A stretch of DNA of 64,000 nucleotides, taken from NCBI GenBank assembly GCA_951406725.2, contig OX597824.1:65038001-65102000 (forward strand), read 5' to 3'. This stretch comes from Octopus vulgaris (Eukaryota). The notes under the pieces were generated by a model. The model was not told where the DNA came from, did no database searches, and saw only the letters and a program-made list of their open reading frames with translations. Positions within the stretch are counted from its first letter, which is position 1, and each line of letters opens with the position of its first letter. Positions 27,001 to 39,000 of this stretch are shown here, in pieces. The position numbers and the translations under genes are program-made.

Positions 27001-30000
27001 GACACTTATATTTTGGCAAATAAAAATTAAGATAAATGAAATAAAAAAATCTGGTTCTTTAAGTATATTATAAGATTTAAGAGTGAATAATAAAGACTTA
27101 AATAAATAACTGGTAAAATACCTGTTTTAACTGTTCCATGGTTATTGTAAATAGCTGTGTAACTTGATCATCATATTGGGAAACTTGTACAGCAGCTAGA
27201 GAAGAAAAAATTTATTTTTAAATTACCAATGTTCACATAGATATCTGTAGAATTTTAGCATCTTGATATCAATATACATAAAGAATCTGATTTGTAGTTT
27301 GGTTAAATTCAAATTCTATATTAAAACATATAATTTTAAGTGTGAGTCAATCTCTCAGTAAAATGTTTTCCACACTTTGTTACATAACAAGAGTTCATAA
27401 TTCAAAACTCACATCACAAACATTATGCTAAAGTTTACTGCTTGATTTAAAGCAACATGGTTGTACTCTGGATATAAATCTGATAATCTAACATATTTTA
27501 AGTATTATCTAATTTGTACAGAACTTCTAGTTTTACAAAAAAGTGATTCAAATTCTTACAAAAGAGTATTTCAGGAATATGTAAAGATATAGGAGATGAA
27601 CATACCTATTTCTGTAAGACACTTCAGAGTTACATTTCGGAACATTGGTACATTCAAGAACTATATTTAAAAAAAAAAAATATTTAAAATATAACAATGA
27701 GTGTTCAATAAATTAATGGAATAAATAATATTCTCTCTTTTTCTTCTTGGCATTTCTTCATTGTCAGATGTTTCCAAAGTTTTTTTCAATGTCTCCATTT
27801 TCACAAATCTGCTTTCCAAGGTTTGAAATGAATCAGTGATTACAAAATCTGAATAGATGAGTCTAGTCCCAGAAGTCAATGACAAGCTCTTCCTTGCTTA
27901 GGTTACTGAACATGATCTTTAATAACAGCTGTTTCTCTGCAGCTACATATTCCTAGTTGTTAGGCTAGATGTCAAGTAAGGTATCAATATCCCAGGTATC
28001 CAGCATATTGGAATAATAATTATAAGAAATAAAACCTCTTCCCAACTCTATTAATTAATGTATTAGTCAGGAAATCATTTAGTGTTTGAAGTTGGTAACA
28101 ATCAGTAGAACACCTCAAGGAAATTTCAAACTCATTTCAACAAACAGAGTCAAAGTACAAGACAAATGAAGTTTGATATTTTTCTATTTACAAATAGAAA
28201 TGCTGATAGGACAATGCATTAGGCTACCTAAAGGTCAAGATAATGAACAACTGACTAAAGTTTAATAAAATTAACCCTTTAACATTCAGATTTTTCTGTC
28301 AAAAGAAGCTTATTTATCCAAATTAGTTTGAATTATCTTGTATGCATTATCGCATAGCTTTGAGAGTTCAATGATGTGATTGCTGCATTTTAGAATGACA
28401 ATGTATGGTAGGTGTGAGAGATCAGATCTGGATGGTTTTAACATAAAACAGATAAAATATATTTGGGCCAGATACGGCTGGTTTAATTGCTGAAGCGTTT
28501 TAAAATAACATTCATAATGCGCCTTATGAGAGAGGAGGAAAAGCAACACCAATGACTGTTGACTTGCCCATACAGTTAGGAATAATGTGGTCATGTTTGG
28601 TTTTAAATTCTGTAGTTTGATGCCTATAGGGAAAATGTAGATTGGGGAAGAATTTCAGAAAACAGCAATCTCAAGAGAAATGAATAGCTAAGTAATTAGT
28701 GTGTGGTTTGTAGGGGTAAGAAACAAGAATAATGAAAGAAAAGATATGTGGGATGGGTTAATAGTGGTGTGCAGCTTCTTGGAACAAAGGACATTTTAAC
28801 AGTTAAGAGGCAAAGAGAAACAAGTTGAGCCGGAAGTTAGGCACAGTCTAACATGATTGTGTGACGGTATTATTAGCAATGTCAGTTATGCAACCATATA
28901 CTTTAAAACAGAGTTGCATAAGAACCTCGTAGAAAAACCAACAGATTATCAAGACTGAAGTACATACTGGTACTGAAGAGGGAGCTTAGTTCCCGAGCTG
29001 CATGCATGTGTGCATGGTTACATATATAAAGGGCTTCACGGAAGCAATGACATATGACCGAGACCTTTGGCAATATGCCATGCCTGAGAAGACCCATCAA
29101 ACCAAGTAAAATCATAGTCATAGTGGATACTGGTATCATGCAACTGGCACATAAAAAGCACTCATTACACTCTCGGAATGGTTGGCATTAGGAAGGCATG
29201 CAGCTGTAGAAACCATGCCAAATCAGACCAGAGTCTGCAGCCCCTCAGCTTTCCAGCCCTGGTCAAACTGCCCAATCCATGCCAGCATGGACAATTGATG
29301 ATGATGATGATGATGTCACTGCAACAGGTCATCAGAGATTGAGAACAAGCATTTGTAATGGTTTTCAAGGTTTAGTTGTGTTGTTCATGCATCTCAAAGT
29401 TGCAGGGCAAGATTTTTTTTTCTTTGAAATGTATTGCTTTTTTGGTGACAAGGAGCAAAACAAGTTTATTTCAGAATTATTTACAAGAAAGAAAAGAAAA
29501 GAAAAAATGTACTTACTTTACAGATTAATGTAGTAATGAGTTTAGTTTCAAAGATGTATCCTAAGGGAATCCAGTTTAGAAACCTCAGCAGTGTTTCAAG
29601 ATTGGAGCCAACTAAGGGAGCATTTTGTGAATTATCCTATTTTGGAAAAGGATTAAATAACATAAACATACAATTTATTCAAACAATTCATATACAAATA
29701 TTCAAATTTCTAGAACCATCTTATGCTAGTGTGTAAAATAAATGTAAAACTACAGTAACAGTGTATAAAAATTGAGTAAATTCTTCCAAAATTTAAACGA
29801 TTTTAAAATATGAAAGATGAAATTATAAACTTAACAAGTTAATGGTTCTACTGTGATTATTGATTATCAGTTCAACAAGATTATTCAGTGGTAGATGTCT
29901 ATAAAATTACCTACATTCGTTAATAAAACAAATGTTTATAATATAGAACTATTCTGTTGACTATGACTTGAAAAAAGATATTAATTGTATATTTAAAAAA

Positions 30001-33000
30001 GAAAAATTACAACACATACCATCACAAACTGACAGAGTTGAAAGATCTGTGAAAATTCACTACACATACTGTCCTTGAGATGTTTAGCCTTTGCTTGGGT
30101 CATTTGACCACTGGAAAAGTCAAATACCTCTTCACTGAAAAATAAATATATATAAGTTTATACAAGCATACCTGCCATGCCATGGTTAACCTTTCTTTTT
30201 GGTTTCAGACAATACAACTAGTGTCCTTCCTTTAATATCGTAGGGCCTGATTTGAAGGAATGCTATTTCTAGCATGTTAAGTTGCCATATGAAAGGCCCC
30301 TTCATTGGTGTGAGAGTAGAAAACAATATAAGACATTAAAACATAAAATAATATGATTAATCTAAAAAAGAGGACAAAAAGAAAGTAAATTGTAAAAAAT
30401 ACTAACCTCAATAATTTCAAAATAGTCATATTATTTTGGCACAAGGACTCATTTGTCTTGCTGGCACCAACAATATCACTAATGAAAGATGGCCAGTTCC
30501 TTGGCCATTCATATTTTAAAATCTAGTAAAATAAATAACAAAAATATTTTGTTAAATTATAAACTGATACTGATTATAAAATTATTAGAAATTTATATAA
30601 ACACACACACACACACAAATACTTTGTATTAACTATATAATTAATTTGCTTCTGAATCAATTATATTTAAGCATTAATTATATAATTAATGCTTAATTAT
30701 ATAATTAATAACAGTCATAACATTTCTTACACTTCCTCAGAAATTCTTATATAAATGCAAATAAAACTTTCAAATATTTCATATCAACAATTTTAATTTG
30801 ATTAAATTAGGAAATAATTTTCAGTTGTTAATTTGCCCCAACAAATGTGGGAACACCTGACAACACTTTCAGTTGACTTACCTGAACTAAAATCATGTTT
30901 AATTTTCCCAAATACACTTTTTCTTTCTCCAAAAGTTGCTGCTCAGATGAGGTCTTGATAATTAAACCAACAATGTACTTTTTAATACCTAAATAAAAAT
31001 AAACAAATCATATTAAATCCTCATCTAATTATTTTCATTCAAAAAGTATAATCTGTCTGACAAAAAGAGAAATTTTTGTAATCTTTCCATGTCTATGAAC
31101 AGCACCCATCACTTTTTTTAACTTTTCTCTCTTTAACTCCTTATAAAAACAGAAAAACCCAAAATACAGCAAACATCAGTAATCATTAAGCAATCTCAAC
31201 ATCCTTCTTATAAGTCTCTAATGAGAGATACAGTTTTATTTATCTAATTAGTCAGGAGAGGCAGTGCTCATAAACTACTGATAAGAGTTCATTCTGAACA
31301 TCTCTAGATCATGGTCTGCAAAAAAAAAAATATATAAGTGATGAAGACATTTGAAGGAGTTGCAATTCTAGGGAGAAGTTAGGCAGTGTTTAGGATTTGA
31401 GGTGAGATACAGTTAAAACTGGACAGAGAGTATATGTATTTAGTTAGCTAAGAGGAGCAAAAAAATCATTATAGTAATGATAAAAGAGGCAAAAAGAAGA
31501 AACAGGATCTCATACTAATTAAGTGGATAATTAAGATATCATCATCATAATAAAGGGGTTTAATGTCCAAGTCGAGAAATACTGGAACAAATTCATTGGC
31601 ATCAAAAGAAGACTATAACCATGGCTTAAAGAACAAGGGTACCATATTCCTGACAATGCAAATAAATTAAATATATATTAAACAATTCACATGAAACCAG
31701 ATTGTCAGGGAGTTACCTGTCCAACAGGTGAGATAGAGAACCAAATCAATTTTTTCATCTGGGTGGAGGGGAAAAACTAGACAAACAGTTATGACTTCAA
31801 ACAGCTAGTAACTAATGAGATAAAACTAAAAACAAAGAGTACTTTAAAGAAAAAAAAAACAGAAAAAGAAGTAAAAGCTGAAAACTGTTCCTGTAAAGAT
31901 TAGAAATAGGCATAAAGTTGAGGACAAATATACTGAAAAGCTACAAATCTGCTCTGATTAAAATTATTGGTTGCAAGAAAATAAAAGATCTTCAGTAAAA
32001 ATTACTGAGATGTTGAGTGGTACAACTTATCTAGAAGAAAGCCTCTAGAGAGTCACTTAACCTGCTAGAAATAGCAATAAAATATCTCTCAAATTACACT
32101 CCACAGACTTAAAATATTTTAAGACAACTTGGACAATGAAGCTCTTGATATACAGAGAGTACAGTGGTGACTGGAATGCCCTGATTACAGGTCTGCTCAA
32201 TCATGATTGACCTGGGGTTAAACAACAGATATACTAAATATAGCAAGTGTAGAACATGCCTTGACTGTTACACTGAAACAAGACATAACCATACTGAAAC
32301 AAGACATAACCAATATACTGAATGTGTGGATTTCTCTTCACTCAAGAAGGGCTAACTCAATAAATGTATTTGGTAAGATATAAAAGCATTTCATCATTAT
32401 AACTAACATAGTTAAAAAATATAGTTTACATTTACTTCTTTACCTAATCTATATACAAAATTACATTTTGTAATTTCCTTGTAATTACTAAAATAAAGTA
32501 ACATTATCATTAAATGTCTACATCATTATTTCTAAAAAAAAATCTACAAAATGCAATAAGTGTCATCTTTACCATGGTCATCATCATCATCATTTAAACA
32601 TCTTCAAGTTTTGTGAAATGATTCCCATATTATTAAATTCCAAGAAAAGTAAAACTCCAAAATGAAAAATAATTAGAAATTTAGGTACATGGTTAATCAT
32701 TGAAGAATAAGCTTATAGTTGATTGCACTAAACAAAATGTTTCCTGCTAATTATTTCATTTCTTCAAGGGGGGAAAAAGTGAAGTCAACCACAAGATTTT
32801 TAAACTAAAAAACATGAATGTTAATACTTCAAAAAATGCAATTAAGTTCAAAATGTTTCAGTCATCTCCACTACCAGAACATGGAGAATAATAATTAAAA
32901 TAGTATAACATTATTTTGAAATGCAGTATGCTAACCCTTTTGTTACTATATTTTTTTTACATTAAGTTTGCAAATAAGAAAAAATAAAGTAAAATATCTT

Positions 33001-36000
33001 AGACTTTAACCTGTTGTTTGTAACAGAAATTATTAACAAGAAATTTTAACTTAGATCAGTTTAAAACTGGAAGTCTGTACTCCAGAATCAAAGATAACCT
33101 TAGGCATGTTGGTATCAAAATGGATAGAGTGGTGTGTCATAATTTCAAGAACAACATTTTTGCACTATACATCAAATTTTTAAATGAAAACAACAATGAA
33201 GCAAATAGAAGGTGTGTATCATCATTATCATCATTTAACCCCTTAGCATTTAAACTGGCCATATTCAGCCCAATGTTTAAACCAGCTAGATCTGGCCTCT
33301 CGTACCTACCCAACAATATCATTATAAAAGTATACAATCACATAATCAAATTCTCAAAGCTACTAGATAATGCATGATTAATTCAAAACAATGTGAATAA
33401 ATAAGCATTACATTCAAAAGAATAATTTAAGTGCTAACAGGTTAAAGTCCATGATCCATGCTAGCATGTACATGTTAATAAACATGGCAGCCAAACCTCA
33501 CTGAAAGCCAAAGTTGAATTGCTAAGACATGTATTAATACAGATAGGGTGGTGGTTGTTATGTATAGGAATCTAACCAAGCAATATGGCAGCACAAATTA
33601 TTCAGAGGATGAAAGCTATTCAAAACTGTACATTCTATTATCTACAGTAAAATAAATATCTATAACAGAAAAAGACTATAACCTCTTAACTTTTAACTGT
33701 TAGAACCACACTATCAGCTGATTTAATCAAACCTTTTGTTTTTCAAACACGTCTTTTACATGGGCCTATTTCACAGATTTAAAGTCTATTAAATCATCTG
33801 AATTTTAATAGCAAAAAATTTACAATTTTTAATAAGTAAAATTTTTGTTTAATGATTAAGAAATACAAATGTTTTTTAAACATAAATAGGTACTGAAACC
33901 AAAATACTAAAATATAATTGCTATTTTAATATTTGTAAATAGCTATAGACATGGGTATGTGGTTAAGAAGTTCACTATACAACCATACTGTTTCAGGTTT
34001 GGTCTTAATGAGCAGCACTTTGGTAAGCATTTTCTACTACAGCAGAAGGCCAACAAATGTTTTGTGAGTGAATTTCATAGTCAAAATGAAGTGTGCATGC
34101 GTGTGAATGAGCATAAATATTGATGTTCACACTTGTCACCACATGAACAAAACCGTTGTTGGCATTACTTATTGGCGTTATGAACAGTTGTTCTCCACTT
34201 CCGAAATGTGGAATAAAAACTCCCTTACTTGATAACAGGAGAGAACATCTGGCCATAAAATTCTGCTTCAAATAATTCCCTGCCTAACCTTTGCAAGAAT
34301 GATAAAACAGATGTTAAACAAATGAACAAAGGGTCATTAAATTTTATTTATGTATAAGAGGGCAAAGTAAGCAGTTGTGACACACTTTCCCCCAAATGAA
34401 ATAATAACAACAGAGAAAAACAAACTGCATATTCATCAAGAACTTATTGTCCCATCCACTACAGTGCCACAACAAATAAATGACAGATGGAATACATCAG
34501 CTAGATTTTCATCCAAGATCCTCAAATAAATATCAAATATTTGCTCAAAGATATTTAACTAAAAATGAACATCTAATTTTCAGATGTGTGGAATTTTTAA
34601 CACTTAACCCTTTCGTTACCAACCCGGCCAAAACCGGCTCTGACTCTGTAGTACAAATGTCTTGTTTTCATAAGTTCTGAATTAAAATCTTCCACCAAAC
34701 CCTAGTCACAATTATGTTCCTAACACTAGCTTAATGATAACTAAGTTATTTTACTAAATTCTTTGTTATATTTAAAATAATTGAAAGAAACACAGAGCAT
34801 CTCAAAATAAATACAGTAACAAAAGGGTTAATAGTTATTCTGCCAATTCTAAAAGTTTAGTATGGTAATTATGTAATAAAATGTTGAATCACACAGAAAT
34901 ACAGAGTTAAAAGCCTGCTAGTTACGAACAAAGGTTAATACATGCCTTTTTTTTAAATCTCTTTTTAACTATTGTTACCATATTTCTGTTGCAATACATT
35001 GTTTCTGTTCCAATTTATTTTGAAAATAACAAACAATTTAGTAAAATAATAATGTCATTATTAAGCTGGTGTTTGGAACATAAATTACCATAAAATTTTG
35101 GTGGAAGGCTTTAATTTAGAATCACTTCAAACAGTTGAGAATGTACAACCATGAGCAGTTTCAGGCAATCTGGTATCAAAAGAGTTAAACACTAAAATTT
35201 CATACATGATTAGTTCAAAATTTCAACTATCATAAAATACTGTAATGAAAAAGGACAAAATATTTTTTACATAAACACCTGGACTATAACAAAATCAGAC
35301 CACCATGTAAGCATACATGAATATGCTATCAACAAATTTTTGTATGTCTGTGAGTCTAACAATCTGATTTAGTCTGCCAGTTAAAGATAGGTTTGTATAC
35401 TCAAAAAGAGGATACCCAAAGAGCATTAATATCAATTGAAAATAAGTCCTGTTGACCTATGAGCAGTTAGAATAAAGACTGATGCAGGTTGTGGTAGAGA
35501 GTGAAGAGAATTCTTTAGCTCCTTCTCAGACTACACAAACAATGAATCAATAGAAAATGACATTTTCTAAACATCCAGCTGTGTAGAGGAAAAAAAGGAA
35601 TGAATGGAAATATAGCAGAGAAGGAACCACCTTTAGGTTTGCCAAAGAAAAAAAGCAACCTTTCTGGTACCAGTGGACAAGAGACAATATAAGATAGAGA
35701 AGACCTTTTATTTAGTTTTGCTAGAAACAACAAAACCTCTCTAGTGCCAGTGTTATAAAATACACCCACTTTCTTTTGTTGGTGAAAAGAAACATATCCA
35801 GTTGTAGAAAACAAAACAAAATTGGAACTGTTAAGAACTAACTCAAACCATAACAACCTGTTCAGTTTATGACAGCATGGAAAGTAGACAGATGGTGATG
35901 ATAATAATATTGTTTCATTTAACTGAAAGTGAAGAATTTTTAATTGTGATATACAAGATTAACCTTTTGATGACAATTTTTCATATTTAAATTACAGAAT

Positions 36001-39000
36001 TCTTAATTTCTCTTTAATTAGTTCATCATTATTATCATCATTTAACACTCATTTTTCATGCTGGTATAGAGTGGACATTTCAACAAGATCTGATATGTCA
36101 GAAGACTGTGTTGAGCTCCAATATCTGCTTTGGCATAGCTTCTACAACTGGACACCCTTCCTAGAGCTAACCATTTTACAGTATGCTGAGTGCTTTTTTC
36201 ATGGCAGTCAGAATAATAATAATAATATAGGAAACACTTTTTGTGCTCTTTCAACATTTTGAAATAGTTATTAGCTTTAAGTTAACATTTTTTACACATA
36301 GAATAACTAGTCTTGAAATTTATAGAAACTTTGAAGTGTTATAGATTTTTCTTTCCATTACAACACTTTTGATACATGCGAACAAATTTAAACCAAAACA
36401 TCTATGCAAATTTCTCGGGTAGTGTCTAAATAATCAATATTTTTTTTTTTAACCTACAAATTAAATTTTATTTACATTTCATTTAGCATCAAACTAGATA
36501 TTATTTAGACAAGTCTGTTAAGAGTTTAACACTAAATAAAATCATAATGATTGAGATCCATACTTAGAAAAAAATAGTTAATCACAGTACACTTTGCAAA
36601 GTGATTGGAATGAGAAAAGGCATCTCGCTGTAGAAATAATGCCAAAACTGGGACAGTGGAGCAAGTAATGATCATCTGACCCAATAGATCCTATCAAAAC
36701 ATCTCACAGATGCTACCATGGAAAGCAAATGTAAAATGATGGTGGTTTAATTTTGAAGAAACAAAAAAAAAAGTACCTTCAACGCTTTTGATACCAACCC
36801 ACCAAAGGCCACTAGTTTTTTTAACAAATTACCTGTTTTAAAGTGATCTAAATTAAAATTTTCTGTCAAAATTTCATGTTAATTCATTTCCCAAACACCA
36901 TCTTAAAGACAATTATTTTACTAAATTCTTCATTATTTTCAAAATTAACAGAAACAAAGGCAATGTATTTCAGGAATATGGTAACAAAAGAGTAAACAAT
37001 TAACTTTTCAAAAAAACCCCACCAACAGTCTTCCCAATAACAGAATTAGCTACATAGAAATTGACAGAGATAAGTGCTTCACAAATGTAAGTTCAAATAA
37101 AAGTAAGGTTTCACTCAACCAGGTAAATACTCATATCTTACAAAATTAAGTTTAGTCGGAAAAAAAAAGAAATGTCCTGTTGGGAAATAACAAGAATCAG
37201 TTTCAAATTTTCAAAAGTATATGTAAACACGAAACAAGGAGTTGCAAGTTACCTTCACATTGTGGTCGTGGAAGTACTTTCCACCTGGTTTTAATAACAT
37301 TCTCTAATATTTGTAGGGCATAATATTTAGTTTGTTGATTGCTAGAATATTCCAAGATAGTATCCACACGAGTCCATGCATCAGGATGTTCTTTAAGAGT
37401 TGTTAAGACTTCTTGGGCCATGCGTTGCTAAAATATAAAAGTTACATCAATCACAATTAATTATAAAGTATTTGAGGGAAAGTGGAGAAATATATATATG
37501 TATATTGTTTTTAAACACAGCACATCCATAAGAGATTTTATCTCAGATGAAAACAACAGTAACATACCTGTTAACAGTGAATATACATTAAGCATGATAC
37601 ATAGATGACTATTTTAATTGACTACTGTTTCAATTGCATAAACTGGACATGTATGTATTTGTTTTATTTTTATATGTTCTCCCATGCTGGCACAGGTTCA
37701 GAAAATATTTTATTGGGGCATTGTTTTACAGCTGGATGCCCTTCCTGTCACTAACCATTCACAGTTTTTCAAATTAGATATCTTTGAAGGTGTAAGGCCA
37801 GTGGGTGGTTTATTGACAAGGGAAATCGCAATAATATCACTGCTTCTAGTTAAGTGATCCTCACAATGTACAGTTATAAACAAATACACAGACATGAAAA
37901 CACACATACACACACACAAAACAGGCTTCTTCCAGTTTCTGTCTGCCAAAATCCACTCACAAGGCTTTGGTTGGCTTAAGGCAATAGTTGAAGACTCTTG
38001 CCCAAGGTTCCATATAACCATGTACTGAATCCAAAATCACAAGCCATATGGTTTGGAAGTGAACTTCTCAGCCACACAACCAAGCATGCACCTATGTATT
38101 TATATGTGTATGAGGGTGCACTACTTAGTGGTTAGTCCTGCACTCATAATCATGAGATGGTGGGTTCAATTCTTAGACTGAGTAGTGTATAGTGCTCTTG
38201 AGCAAAACACTTTATCTCACATCACTCTGCAAATACTTCAACATCTGACATGTAGCACACCACTCACCTGTACAGGCAATATTGATTTGATGGAGGGAGG
38301 GAGTTTATATGCAGCACAAACATTTGATCACTATAATCAAACCATTTGTGCAAATTGTTCAGCAAGAAATTGCAAAACTGTCTTTCTTAGACTAAGAAAT
38401 TATCATTAATTAAATGTGTGAATGCTTCCATTATGTGTCCTCACATAAGTGTTGAGTAAAAAGCAGTGATAATATGCTGGCATTCCTTGTTAATAAACCA
38501 CCCACTTGCTCTGCACCTTCAAAGTCAAGTGGAATAAAACATCCCTTATTGAAAAACAAAGAAGGGTTAGCAACAGGAAGGACATTTGTCTCTAAAACAA
38601 TGTCTCAAAATGTATTCATCCAATCCATGCTAGCACAGAAAAAGATGTAAGATGAATGTGTATGCGTGTGTATACATATTATACACACACACACACACAC
38701 ACATATATATTAGTCTCAATTAGATTTTGTTAAATTCAAATTTCAGTTACATGGAATTATTCGAACACCCAGCATTTAATAAAAAGTGCTACATGCATTT
38801 GTGAGTAATATATATGTATTTTCTGTTTTTACTACTATGATGAGCTGGCAATTGAATAACACATGAAATATCAAAATATTTATCCAAATAAACTTTTGAG
38901 TAAAAAGTTTTGTTTTTTTATTTCCTGAAACAGAATAAAAAGCAAAGTTGACTCCAATATGATTTGGATTTGGAATGAAAGGAACATAACTAAATATTGC

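Noticed and set aside
29595-29612. XPO1 GSN versus human HAT (and MYE versus MHE) as possible editing-corrected codons
   Set aside because: A-to-G changes cannot convert these codons to the human residues.
37561-37610. Strong donor-like CAG|GTATGT in intron 1
   Set aside because: No convincing upstream acceptor; isolated donor motifs are common by chance.
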